NCBI GenBank assembly: GCA_004431415.1
Contig: QPMI01000328.1
Location: 1 to 62,969 of the forward strand
DNA from: Cyanophora paradoxa CCMP329
Taxonomy: Eukaryota > Plantae > Glaucophyta
Reading direction: 5' to 3'
Length of the DNA stretch: 62,969 nucleotides
This document shows positions 1 to 12,400 of the stretch, in pieces. A program made the translations under genes and the position numbers. How positions within the stretch are numbered: position 1 is the first letter of the stretch; every line of letters starts with the position of its first letter. Under the pieces are notes generated by a model. It was given only the letters and a program-made list of their open reading frames with translations, was not told where the DNA came from and searched no databases.

Positions 1-2684
1 CCTCGACTTGCTCGCCATGCCACCGGCCCGCCCCCGCCCCGCCCCGCCCCGCCCCGCCGTCTTCCCGACGGCCGCCACCGCTGAGGCCGCCCCCCGCCGG
101 CGCGCAGCAGGCATCGGAGCACGGGACGACGACGGTGATTGACATGTCGGCGCCGGGCGAGCGCTCCCGCGCCTTCGACTCGATCCGGGCCTACCCGGGT
201 GCGGGGCCCGGGCCGGCGAGCGCGGCGGGCTCGGGCCGAGGCAGCCCGGCGAGCGGCCCCGAGATCGCCCCGGTGCGCCCGATTCCCGGATTCCCGGGAT
301 TCGCCCTGATTCCCGCCCCGCCCCGCTCGGGATTCGCGGGGCCGCCGCCGAGCGCTCACCGCGCCCGCCCTCCGCCTCGCAGCGCAAGAGCTTTGGCCCC
401 GGCAAGGCCCCCTCGGCCATCCGCCGCCTGCAGGCCGGTGCGTGCCGCCCGGGGCAGCGCCGGGGCGCCGCGCGGGGCCGACGCGGGGCGGGGCCCCCGG
501 GGTGCAGCGAGCGAGCACGCGCGGGGGGCGATGGCGAAGCGGACGGGAGCGGGCACGGGAGCCAGTCGGGGAGCGCGACCTTCCGCAACGGCCTGCCCCC
601 CGCCAACTCCGCCGCCCTCGAGGCCCGCCCCGCCCCGCCGGCCTTGCCGCCCCCGCCACACCTGAGCGCCCGCAGGCCGCCGAGGCGACGCGGCGGACGC
701 AGAGGAGGAGCCAGCGGTGCGGCGTGCCGAGGCTGGCCCCGGCGCCCGCCTCTGACGCGCTGCCGGGCCCGTGCGCGCAGCATCGCGCCGGTGGACGAGC
801 ACGGCGGCTTCGGGCGCTCGGGCTCGGGCCGCAGCCGCCGCGGCTCGCCGCCGGAGCAGGGGAGCCCGCTCACGGGCGGCGCCGCCTCGCCCCGCTCGGG
901 GCGCCTCTCGCCGGCGAGCAGCCCGATCCTCCTCCCCGTCCCCGCCGTCGGCCCCGCCGCCACGCGCCGCGCCGGCCTTGGCCCGAGCGCCGGCGCGACT
1001 CGACCACCCCGGTGCGGCCGCCGGCCCCGCCCCGCCCCTTTCTCTTGCACCCCCTCGCTGACGCGGGCGCCCCGGGCAGCGCGACCTCAAGGGCGGCGAG
1101 ATCTCTTTCGGGCGCCGCGGCAGGTGCCCGCCCCCGCCCCGCCCCCGCCTCCGACCGGGGCCCATGGAGCCCGTCGCGCGCCGCGGCCCCCCCCGCAGCT
1201 TCCTCCACTGGCTCGGCGTCGGCTCGCGCCCGCGCCAGCAGGACGAGGTGCGCGCCGCGCCGCCCCGCGAAGGCGCCCCTGCTGAGGCGGCCGGCCCCGC
1301 CCCGCGGCAGGGCGTCGTCTTCCGGCGGCTGCGCGTGCGCGTCTCCGTCGCCCTGCTGGGAGTTATCCTCGTAGCCGCCGGCACCTTCCTCGGTGCGAAC
1401 GCCCCGCGACCGCGACCGGCGCGGGGCTCACCGCCACGCGCCGCCCCCGCGCAGCGTGCTTCCTGATGGCGTCGCGGAGCGAGAACGCGGCGGCGGAGCT
1501 CGCTGCCACGGGCCGCATTTCCGCCCACGTCGCCGCCATCGCCGCCCTCGCCCGCGAGCCATGTGCGCCGCCAGCGCTCGCTGCCCGGGCCTCGTCCTCT
1601 GCAGGCGGCTGAGGGGAGGGGACGGGGCAGACGTGGGCGACGGGGCCCTGGGGCTGAACGGGACGGGGTGCGCGGAGCGGGTGCAGGCCGCCGCCGCCGC
1701 CGCCCGCGCCCTCTTCGACGCCATCAAGGCGCGCCCGCCCCCGCCGCCACTGCCCCGCCCCGCTCCCGGCCGCCGCTTCTGCTCACGGCGGCGCGCTGGC
1801 CGTGGCGCAGTTCGGGGGCCCCTGACGGCACCTCGGGGCCGTGCGGCGCTCCTCGGAGATCGACGAGGCGGGCCGCGCGCGCCCGCCGCCGGCTGCGCTC
1901 GTTGGTGACGGCCGCGCGCAGGTGCTGCGCGGGAGCGGCGCCGGGGCCTCACCTTCGCCCTCAACACATGTCCGCCCCCGCGCCGGCGCTCTCGCCGCGC
2001 GCCTCTGCGCCCCGCCCCTCACGCCCCGCCCCGCCCCCCAGACCTCGAGGCCTCCCTGCGGACCCTGAACGTCCGCCCCCACGCCCGCCCGCCCGCTCGC
2101 CGGCGCCGGACCCGCCGAGCGGCGCACCGAACGGGGCGCGGGCAGAGGAACGGGCTGCTCTCGGGGCCGGGGCGGGGCGGGGCGGGCCCCGCGCTACGAG
2201 GGCTGGCCGGACGCCGCCTCGTTCGGGGACGCGGACCTGCGGCACGTGCGCGGCCAGGCGCCCGCCGTGCACGCCGCCCTCGCCCGCCTCGCCACCCTCG
2301 TCCGCCCGCCCGCCCCGCCCCGCCCCGCCCGCTCAGCGCCGCGCGGGGGCAGGTGGCGGGGAGACGCGGGGCACGATCGGGCGCCTGCGCTCCGTCATCG
2401 CCGCCGTGCTGGTCGTCGACGTGTTCTTCTTCGCCCTCCTTTACCTCCTCGTCTTCAAGCCGATGCTGGGGCGCCTCGTGGGAGAGACGTCGCGGGCCTT
2501 CCAGGTGCCCCCGCCCCGCCCCCGCCCTCCACGCCCGGAGCGCTGCCTCTCTGAGGCCCCCGGGCCGCAGCTCGTCGCCATGCTCCCCGCCGCCGCCCTC
2601 GAGGCGCACCACGTACGCTCCGCCCGCCGGCCGCTCGCCCCCGCCCCCCGCCGACCCGGCGCCGCCGCGCAGCTCTGGGTCTAG
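1..2684 (+). CDS. 3' part of a multi-exon, multi-pass membrane protein, TmcB/TmcC-like (partial, starts upstream of window)
   Basis: Spliced exons give TM segments RRLRVRVSVALLGVILVAAGTFL and a terminal TM-plus-helix IAAVLVVDVFFFALLYLLVFKPMLGRLVGETSRAFQ|LVAMLP, resembling the C-terminus of TmcB-type proteins. First in-frame stop in the last exon is TAG ending 2684. Family call is from recall. Confidence 0.5.
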
Positions 2685-3741
2685 CTCTTCGCGGCGTCCA
2701 CGTGCCGGGCGCTCGCCTGCGCCTCCGCCTCCACCTCCGCCGCCGGCCCTGTTCCTTGCTGCCCATCCGTGTCCATCTCCTCTTGGCGCCGGCGTCGCCG
2801 ACATGCCTCGCTCGGAGCCTGTCGGGACCCTCTCAGCCGTCTAGTGATTATACCTAAGTTATTCCAATGCCATGATGTACTGATTATGCATCTCATGATA
2901 TCGATTGCCAATTCGACTAGTTGCTGGGCCTGAGCTCGAGAGCACACAAGCTTCAATGCTTAAGTGTGTCCTACAAGCTTGAAGCGTGCATGATTGTCTC
3001 GGGTCACCGGGGTTGCGATTAGGTTAGATTCATGATGATGTCGATTATCGAATGAATCTGTGAACAATGAACGCTGCGGTAATGGCTCTTTCAAGTTTCA
3101 GAGGCTATTTACTGAGTCGTGGATTCAAAGCACCAGATCCGGAAGACATCAGCTCCTAAACTTTACATAGAAGCCGTCACGGCGTTCCCCTACCGCCCCC
3201 TACACTTTACAGGTCTGTAGAATGAAAAAGTTCTACGGTACTACGGTAAGCAGAAAGAAACTCATAATCGCAATCTCCTACAAAATCAGTCGATGGTCTC
3301 CCACGAAACTCGCAATAAAAGAAGAAATTCATCAGCCATCACGCTGACCGGGATATCGATCGGACTGCACTGCGCTGACAAAATGACAATCGAGGTTTGC
3401 GTCTACGGAGGTCTGGAGATATGAAGATACACAATACCACATCTGGCCACACAATCGATTCGAATTCGAAGCATGGAAGGGCTCTGGCCCACACATGCAC
3501 AGGAACATACGGTCTTGAAAATGGAAGGGAGGGAAAGATTCGGAGCCGCCCTGGACGTTGAAACCAGCAGCATTACCTACTAATACTAGGCCTACTAAAG
3601 GCTACAGACGCGTACAGACATGCGCATTACGATTCGCGATACGGAGCAGAGAGATCGCAAGGGGCCGATTCGAGGGGAGGGGCGCGCGGGGCGGCCGGAA
3701 GGAAGTGAAGGGTGTGTGTGTGTGTGCGCGCGCGCGCGGGG

Positions 3742-5376
3742 TCACTCGGGGTCGGGGTCGGCGTCGGAGAGGTCGTCGCAGGCGAGGGCCTGGAGGATGG
3801 CGGCCCGCAGCGCCGCCTCCCCGGCCGCCTCCGCCGCCTCCGCCGCCTCCCCCAGCACCTTCCGCGACCACTCCACGTTCGAGAGGCCCACCCGCCGCGC
3901 CGACCGCTCGATCACCATCTGCCCGCCCCCGTGAGGCGCGGCGGCGCGGCGCGGCGGGGGCGAGGAGGCCGGGCCACCTTGCCGAGGCGCTTGATGAGGG
4001 GCGTGATGTTGTGCTGCGGCTCGCGGAGCATGCGGCGGCGCGACTCGGCGATCGTCGACAGCAGCTCCCCCTCGTCGAAGCCTGCGGGGGGCGCGTGAGA
4101 GGCCCGCCTCGCCTTGCCCTCGGGGCGCTGCCGGGGGCGGCGGCACCGGCCATGGCCATCGGCGGGCTCCACCCGCCCCGCAGCAGGAGCGCGACGGCGC
4201 GCACGATCACCGCCCACCTGCCCCCGCCCTCAGCGCCCCGCTCCCCCGAGGGGAGGGCGCGGTCGAGGGCACCGGTCGAGGGCGGCGAGCTTGCGGAAGG
4301 GCCAGCGGGGCACGCCGGCGGCCCGCGCCGCCCGCTTCAGCCGCGTCGTCGAGATCCGCAGCGCCGCCGCCGCCTCCGCCGACGACTGGTGGAAGTGCCT
4401 GCCGCGCGCGGGCGTGAGGGGCGCGGGGCGGGCCTCCCCCGCGGGGCGCGGGGGCGCGCCTGGAGAGGGCGGCGAAGTCGAAGGTGCGGTGGCAGTGGGC
4501 CCCCGCCCCGCAGCCGAGCTCGCCGTGCTCGCCGGCGACCCCGGGCTCCCGCGGGGGCCGCGCCCGCGGCCGGCGCGGAGCCGGGGCCGGGGCGGGGGCG
4601 GGGCGAGGGGTCGAGCCAGCGGGTGCGCTTGGCGGCGCTGCCCGGGCCCCAGGTGTCGCACGCGTACGCCTCGACCACGGGCAGCGACGTCGGGCTCCCC
4701 AGCGGCCGCTTGCACCCGCCCGACGGCGACCCCGGCTCGCCCTTCACGACCGCCGAGGGGGGCAGCGAGAGGGCCGGCGGCGGCGGCGGCAGGGGCGGCG
4801 TCGGGGCGCGGCCGCTGCCTCTCGAGGCGGGGAAGTGGGCGGCGGCGGCGGCGGAGGGCGAGGCGTCGGAGAAGGCGGCGCGGAAGGCGAGGGGCCAGAA
4901 GGAGACCCCTGGGTCCTCGATCTGGAGGCGGGGGAAGCCCGACGGGCTCGCGGCGAAGGAGGAGCGGAGGGGCGGGAGGAGCGAGGGCGAGGGGACGGGC
5001 CCCAGGGGGCTGATGGAGAGCGCCGAAGGGGCGAGGGGCGCGATGGAGCTCTGGGGGGCAACCTGGCCCGCCAAGGAAGCCGGCGCGAGGGGTGGCCAGG
5101 AGACGCGCGGGCTCCCCGGCCCCGCCTCCGTCGCCTCCGGTGACATTCGGAAGGACAAATTTATGGGGCCGGCTGCAAGCAAAGCGAATTAAATCAGGGA
5201 CGGGAAGAAAGGAGGAGGGATGGGGGGCGCGGGGGCGGACGAGGGGCGAATTGGAGCGGGTCGAGCACTGGCACGGGGCCGCCCAGATCGAGGAAGAGGA
5301 TGCCGTCGTCGCAGTTGCAGGGATGCAGAGGCATCGGATGGCAGGCAGCGGCAAGTGCTGAAGCAGCCGGCTCCAT
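3742..5376 (-). CDS. RWP-RK domain transcription factor (multi-exon)
   Basis: Spliced domain TFDFAALSR|HFHQSSAEAAAALRISTTRLKRAARAAGVPRWPFRK matches the RWP-RK pattern. Pro/Ser-rich N-terminus from ATG 5376; last exon ends DADPDPE* at 3742. Confidence 0.85.
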
Positions 5377-6276
5377 GTGCGCCGCGCCGGCTCAACGGTG
5401 ACGCAAATCTCTCGCGAACGCCGCCCTAGGCCTGCGATATCGATTCGCTGCTGCGTGCATACACGAGCCACGCGAGAAGGCGAGGTGCGGCTGGCTCGGC
5501 CAGGCACACAAAGGAACTTCGGAAAGCCTCCGTTTAAAGTTGAGCAGAAACCTGACTCCGGGCTCTGAGGTGACGGGGACTTGCCACGAGCTGTTGCACT
5601 GTGGCAGTGCTCAGCGGCTACCGACGCCTACCGTTGCCAAGTTGCACGTTGCAGCTCACTGAGTCAGCAGTCGTGACGGCAGCAGGCCTGCATCCGCATG
5701 CGCATGCGAAGCTCGCTGAGTGAAACTACAGCTGCTGCTGCTCAAGTGCGTATACTAGTTCAGAAGGCGTCACACCGTGGCACACGGCGTTGCATGCGCA
5801 TGCTTAACCTTGCTCATGACTCATGATCACTGAGTCAGCGAGCTCGAGCGCGCGCGCGCACGGCGCAGTCCGACCGTCGGACTCCGGGACGGTCCCGGGT
5901 CCGCCGCGCACCCGCCGCGACGGAGCCACATGCATATCATAGTATGCGCACTGCGCAGCTGCATGCAGCCTGCAGCTGGCCCACTGGCCAGTGGACTCCG
6001 GGAGCCGGCGCGCCGCCTCGCGTCGGAGACGGTCACCACGTCGCGTGCGCCGTACGCGTGCGCGCGCGCGCGCCGTTAGCCGACCCTAAGCGGCTGTACC
6101 CCAACACAACTCACTTGCGACTGATCATGATTCATGACTGATCATGAGTCAAGTTGCGAGCCTCGGAGCGAGTCCGCGAGGACTGGGACTCGCGATTGTC
6201 GCCGATTCGTCGGTTACAGTTTCAAGTTTACAATCGATTACTGTCACGAGTGACGAGTCACGACTTGGAAGCCTTT

Positions 6277-6328
6277 GAAGTTGGAAGTTGGAACTTGGAA
6301 ATTGGAATTCGAAGTTGGAAGTTGGAAC
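6277..6328. repeat. Short heptamer tandem repeat (GAAGTTG)n
   Basis: gaagttg gaagttg gaacttg gaaattg gaattc gaagttg gaagttg gaac. Confidence 0.7.
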
Positions 6329-6672
6329 CGGCCGGCCCGTGCTCTAATTGGTCGATGGGACACTTCCCCCCCCGCACGTGAAACGCAAATTTCAGACCCG
6401 CGTGTACGTTTATACTCTCGCATTATATATTTCGCACAGTCGTCATTACAATTTTTCAAACCCTGTTTATATAAAAGAGTTTTAGGACAAAAGCTGCGCA
6501 TGCGGACGTCGACATACGGGGCCGCGGATATCGATCCGGATTCCGGACGATTATATATATATATTGCCATTTGCCATCGATATATATTTATCGATTGGAC
6601 GTGGATCAACGGTGGATGGCCGCGAGTGCTAGCGCTAGCAGGCTGTGCAGCAGTACTATAGCTACTGTACTA

Positions 6673-6951
6673 CCGTAGAACACAATATTATGTCATGCAA
6701 ATTTATGTCGTTTGAAAACCCGAGCCTTCGAATTCTCTATGCGAAATATGACGTCCCCCAATTATGTCGGCATGAAATTTTCAGGCTTGTATGGGGCGGT
6801 AAACTTGGGGGGTACTGTATGGGACGGCTTAGCGAGCCCGTATAATGGGCCGTATTATGACGTCCCCAAATTATGTCGTTTTGTCCCGTCCGAGGCGACA
6901 TAATTTCGGGACGACATAATAAAGTACAGACCTTAATATTGTGTTCTACGG
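6673..6951. mobile_element. Tc1/mariner(pogo)-type MITE A, 279 bp
   Basis: Perfect 18-bp TIR CCGTAGAACACAATATTA / TAATATTGTGTTCTACGG flanked by TA on both sides; internal repeated TTATGTCG/CGACATAA motifs. Confidence 0.9.
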
Positions 6952-7010
6952 TAGTACCGGTAGTATGATACTAGTATCCCGGTGTACTAGTACTCCCTCC
7001 AAGTATACTA

Positions 7011-7275
7011 CCGTAAAACACTTAATTAATGCGCCCTATATTAATGCGTTTTTGGACCCGGACCCCTCGTATATATATGCATATTAATGCGGCACTATAT
7101 TAATGCGTTTTGCAATTGAAGCTTTCTGCCTGTGTGGGGGGGTACATACCGCAGTTTTCTTAGCGTTTCGATATTAATGCGCCCCCGAATTCGAATTAAT
7201 GCGTTTTGCCAGCGGAAAACGCATTAATTAGGGGGCGCATTAATTAAGTGCGCGCATTACTTAAGTGTTCTACGG
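7011..7275. mobile_element. Tc1/mariner(pogo)-type MITE B, 265 bp
   Basis: Imperfect TIR CCGTAAAACACTTAATTAATGCGC / GCGCATTACTTAAGTGTTCTACGG with TA flanks; repeated ATTAATGCG motifs. Confidence 0.88.
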
Positions 7276-7374
7276 TAGGCTATATCGCGCTAGTACTACG
7301 GAGTCTACGCCGCGACTCTACGGTAGTAGTACCGTAGTACGTATACCCGTTATTGGCGAGTGGCATACTAAGTA

Positions 7375-7661
7375 CGTGTAACACAGAAATACTGGACTCA
7401 CTTAATTAACAGAGTCTCAAATTAACAGACCGAAATTCTGACATAGTCTGTTAATTTAGGACTCTGCTAAATCGCTGCGGTGCAGTCGTCCCATACAATC
7501 TACCCCCCGAACATTACCGCCCCATACAACGTACGCGTGGCAACTGGCAAGCCTAAATTTTGATGATCTGTTAATTTGGGGCTCTGTTATTTCGACTATG
7601 GGAGGGCCAGCTAGATTTTATAATCTGTTAATTAAAGGGCTGTTCATTTTGTGTAACACGG
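7375..7661. mobile_element. Tc1/mariner(pogo)-type MITE C, ~287 bp
   Basis: Ends TA|CGTGTAACACAGAAAT ... ATTTTGTGTAACACGG|TA (imperfect TIR); repeated AATTAACAG/CTGTTAATT motifs. Confidence 0.75.
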
Positions 7662-7786
7662 TATTGCGCATGCCTGCACGGGCCTAGCTGCGGCCTGTCA
7701 CAGTGTCTCACTTCGTTCGCAGTTGACGTTGTGCGAACGAAGGTCGGGTATTGTTACTATTGTACAGCCGTCCGGCGCAGCGAATC

Positions 7787-9387
7787 ATGGCCGCCGCGTA
7801 CCAGGCGCCGGGGGCGCCCGCCTCCCTGCGGCTGCAGCGCAACGGACGCAGCGGCCAAACCGTTGCACTACCTTACTCCGGCGCCGTCTGCCTGGCCCCA
7901 TCCGGTCGGGCGTGCGCGAAAGTTGACCGGCGTTCATCCAGCACGTTCTTCGCAGTCCAGCCGTTCCCACCGGCGCGTCGCACGCGGTTCATTGGCACGC
8001 GCGCCCCGCAGCTTGCCGCGGCTGCGGTCCCCGCCGCGGCTTCGGCCGCCGCGGCCGATGAGCTCGCCGGCCACCCCGTCGTCATCCTGCCTGGGCTCGG
8101 GAACTGCAGGTCTCCGTTGACTTGTTGACTTGGCGGCCGCACGATTGCTTGCACGCTGACTCTGCGACACCAGCGCTGACTACGACGAGTTGCAGGAGCT
8201 CCTCCGGTGCTCCGCGCCGCGGCCCGGACCCCGCGCCGGTGTGCGGCTCGTCCAGCTGAGGGCCCGTCGCGCAGGGCGCGGGGCGCCCCGGCGTATGTGC
8301 TCCCCGTCTCGCGCCTCGACTGGCTCCGCAACGCGCGGGGGCTCCTCCAGCGCGACTGGTGGGCAGTGCGTCCGCGCCCCCTCGCCGCACCGCCCTCGAA
8401 CGACCTGGATGCCGCGCCTGAGGGGACGCGCAGGGGCGGCTGCGCCCGCTGCCGATCTTGGCGTGGTACGTGGAGCGCGTGGCGGCGGCGGTGGAGGAGG
8501 CGCGCGCCGCGCACGGCCGGCCCGTCACCCTCCTCGGCCACAGCGCCGGCGGCTGGCTCGCCCGCGTCTACCTCGCCCAGGCGCGCGCCCGCGGCCCCGG
8601 GCGCGGGCCCCGCGGGCGGCCACGAGCGAGGCGGGGCGGGGCAGGTGGAGGGGGACCCGGAGCGCGTGCGGGCGCTGGTGACGCTGGGGACGCCGCACCT
8701 GGCGCCCCCGGAGGGGACCCTCGACCAGACCCGCGGCCTCCTCACCTGCCTCAACGCCGAGTCCCCGGGGTGCCCGCCCGCCCCCAGCCCCCGCCCCCCC
8801 CCCGGCCCCCAGCGACCCCCCGCCGCAGCGCGTACTACGCAGACAGGCTCAAGTGCGTGCGGCTTGGTGGGCTCGGCAGCACGAGTGCAGGCGGGAGGTG
8901 ATCGAGGCGGCTGCAGGTACGTCAACGTCATCGGCCTGGAGACGAGGGGCAGGCGGCTCGGCGAAGGCACCTTCTCCGAGTGGTTCGCCGGCCTCGGCTA
9001 CAAGCAGGCGCGCCCCGCCACGCCGAGCGCGGGCCTCCCCGGGCACGCTGCCGCTCGATCGCTGAGGCGGGCGGGGCGGGGCAGGTGTGCGGGGTGCAGG
9101 AGACGGACGGGGACTTCGTGGTGCCCGTCGACGCCGCCCTCCTCGAGGGCGCCGAGCACATCAAGATCGATGGCGTCTTCCACAGGCGCCCGCCCCTGCT
9201 CCGCCCCTCCCCCGCGCCCCGCTCACCCGCCCCTCGCCCCCAGCCCTGTCGGCGCCAAGGAGGGCCGCCCCTGGTGCGCCGCCCCGACCCCGCCCTGGCG
9301 CGCCGCGGGGGCACCCCCGAGCGCCGGAGAGGCAGGTACGGATCGGAGGGGGTGCTGGAGGAATGGGTGCACCACTTGTTCGAGTAG
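7787..9387 (+). CDS. Alpha/beta-hydrolase (PGAP1/lipase-like), probably plastid-targeted
   Basis: Spliced motifs PVVILPGLGN, VTLLGHSAGGWLAR (GxSxG), LVTLGTPH, DGDFVVP, GVFH, YGSEGVLEEWVHHLFE*. N-terminal Ala/Ser/Arg-rich extension. Confidence 0.85.
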
Positions 9388-9428
9388 GCGGGGCGGCCTC
9401 CCTTGCGGCAATGCACGCGCGGTCGAGG

Positions 9429-12400
9429 CTACAGGGCGCCCCCGAGGCCCACGGGGCGGGAGAGGGGCCGGGCGGAGAGCAGGGCGGCGCGCTCGGCCAG
9501 CCAGGCCTCGGCGCGCGTCGAGATGGGAGCGGGTGGGGGCGCGGGGGCGAGGGGCGGCGTGGGCGAGTGGGCGCCCCGGGCCGACGAGACGAGGGGGCCG
9601 AAGGGCGCGAGGGCCGCCGCCTCCCCTCGCGCCGAGAGCGAGCGCGCCGGCCGAGGCGCCTGCCCGCCGGCGAGCTTGCCCGGCGGGAAGGGGCCGAGCG
9701 GGGCCCGCAGGCGTCCCGAGGGGGCCGGGCCGGAAGCAGGCCTGGATCTCCGAGGGCCTCAGAGTGGCGGCGGCCGCCGCGGGGCGCTCCTGCCCGGCCC
9801 GGGCCGCCAGGCACCGACCCCGGGCGCAGCTCAAAGTCAAAGAGGGCGGGGCGGCGGCCAAGGCGCTGGGCGGCTGCGGGGAGAGGCTGGGGCGGCGGCC
9901 GGGGGCGCGGGCGCGGGGCGTGGAATAGGGGCGGGGCGGGGCGGCGGCGCGCTCCGTGCTCGCGGCGTGCGCGAAGCCGTGGGGCGGCCCCGCGCTCGCC
10001 GGCTTGCTCGCCGAGAGCGACGGCCGCTGGGCGCGCTCGTCAGGCGACGGGATCGGGCGGGGGAGGGAGCACGCACTCGGGGCCCCTCGAGGGGGAGGGC
10101 CTTCGGGGCCAGGGCCAGTGGCGGGGCGGGGAACTCCGGGGCCGCCTCGAGGCGAGGGGAGGCCGGCGACGGGGGAAGAGCGGGGAACCAGGGCGGGAGG
10201 AAGCATGCGGGAAACGGGGCGGGGAGGACGAATCGCGGGGCCGGCGCGAAGATCTCCAGGTCGAACTGCGCCAAGTAAATTTTAGGACTTTTCGGGGGCG
10301 TGGACGGGGGGAGAAGCGCGGGGGGTACGGCAGCGTGCCTCGCGATGAAGGGCCCCGGCGGGGGGTGCGAGGAGCCTCTTCACGGCGAAGGCCTCCAAGG
10401 GGGCGCCCCGCGGGGACCCCGCCTGCCCCGCGAGCCCTCGCACGATCGCCACGGCCTGCGGCGCGGGGCAGCGCGTTGGGGCCGGGGGCGGGAGGTGGGA
10501 GGGGCGCTTGGAGTCGAACCTGCTGGAGGTACGCCGCCTCCTCGGAGAGGGCCCCCCGGGTGACCGCGGAGAGGGTCTGGGGCGGCAGCACCGGGCGGAT
10601 CTGAGGGCGCCCCTCAAGTCAACCCCGGGGTAGGGAAGGGGCGTGGCGGGGTGCACCCGAACGCGGGCTCCGGGGAAGGCGAGGGGGCGGAGGAGGGCGG
10701 GGTGGGGACGGCGGTACGAGTCCACGTCGGTGCGGGGGGGGAAGAGGGGCGGGGGCCAGTCGAGGAGGTCGGAGGCGAGCTCCTCGGGGAGCAGGGCGAA
10801 CGCTCCCCGCCCCGCCCCCGCCGGCGAGACGCGCCCGCCACCCCCCGCCGCCTTTCCGGCGGGGCGGGGCGCTGCGGGCGCTGCGTGGGCGCAGAGGGGG
10901 CGGGGCGGCCGGCGGCCGGGGTGAGGTGCGGCCGCCTGCGGGGCGGCGGCGTCGGCGGGGCGCGGCCGGCGGGGAAGGGCGCGCGCACCCTCGCTGGCCG
11001 GAGAAGGCGAGCGGCTCCTGGCGGAGCCGGAGGCGGCTGGCGGGGCAGGGGCGGCGGGGGCGGCCGGCGGGGAGGGGCGCTGCGCCCTGGGCGGGTGCGG
11101 GGGCAGGCCCGCCGCCGGCACGGCGGGGCGGCGGTGGGCGGGGGCGCTCCCCGTACCGCTCCGGCCCCAGCTGCGCCGGCCGCGGGGCGCTTTCCGCGGG
11201 GAATGGCTCCGGCGGCTGCGGCGGGGGGCGTTCCGAGGAGGACCCCGCGCGGGGCGGGGGGCACGCGCACCGGCGGGGGCGGGGCCGGCTTCTCGATGCC
11301 GAGGCGGACGCGCGAGTCGGCGCTCGCCTGAGGCGCCCGCGGCGTCGGCTGAGGGCGGAGCGGGGCGGGGCGGGGCGCCTGTGGGGCGCACCTTGACCTC
11401 CGCCTCGATGGCCTGCGCCCTCCGCAGCTGCGCCCCGGCAGACCCTCAGCCGGCGCCACGCACGGGGCCTGCCTCGCGCGAGGCCGCACCGCCTCCATCT
11501 TGCGCCGCGCTTCGGCGGCCGCCCGCGCCTCGCGCTCCCGCTCCTCCGCGCCGGCGGCCCAGTCGTCGGCGTCGCACCTGGGCGGGGGCGGCGGGTGAGC
11601 GGGAGGCGGGGCGGGAGGGGGGGTCGGGGGCGGGGGCGGGGGAGGGGACCCGACGAGGCCGACGAGGGCGGCGCGGGCGATGTCGTCGGCCTTGGCGGCG
11701 TCCCGCGGCATCCACGCGAGCAGCTCGGGGAGGATGAGCCGGGGGTCGGCCGCCCGCCGGGGCACCCACATCCCCCGGATCGCCGCGTGCCCCAGCAGCA
11801 CCTCCGCCCACGGCGTAGCCCCCTGTCGCCTCCGCTGCCGCGGCGCCCGCCGGATCAGCGGCCGCGCCTCCGGCCCCCTCTTCCCCGAGTCGCCCGCCTG
11901 CTGCGGCGGCTGCAGCGGCGCCGCCGGCTGAGGCTGCGCCGACTGCTGCTTCTCGCCGGCGGAGAGGGGCCCTGGGGCGGCCTGCGGCCCCCCCCCCTCC
12001 TCCTCGTCCATGGGGAGGAAGAGCCCCTGGAAGCTCTTCTTGAGGCGGCTGAGGGAGCTGCGCCGCGCCGGCGGCTGCCCCGGCTCGGGGCTCGCCGAGC
12101 GCCCCCGCTCCAGCGGCGCCCCCTCCTCCTCCCCGTCCTCGCACAAGCTTTCGTTCACTAAGGCGTGCGCGAGCGCGGCGCGTCGGCGGCGAGCGCGGGG
12201 CGCGCAGGCGGGCGAAGGGCGGACCGAGGACGACGGCGGTGCGCATCGGCGTCGTCGTGTACTCTCCGTCGTCGATGCGCACATCGTCGTCCTCCTTCTC
12301 CGCCTCCTCGCGTCGCATGGCAGGCGCCATACCGCTGCCCCCGACCCCGCTGCTGCCGCCGCCCCGCACTGCCGAGCGCCAGAACGTCTAGCCGTCCCGC

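Noticed and set aside
2673-2930. Open frame continuing past the TAG of the first gene (possible readthrough)
   Set aside because: The continuation is low-complexity with no homology evidence; it cannot be told apart from 3' UTR.
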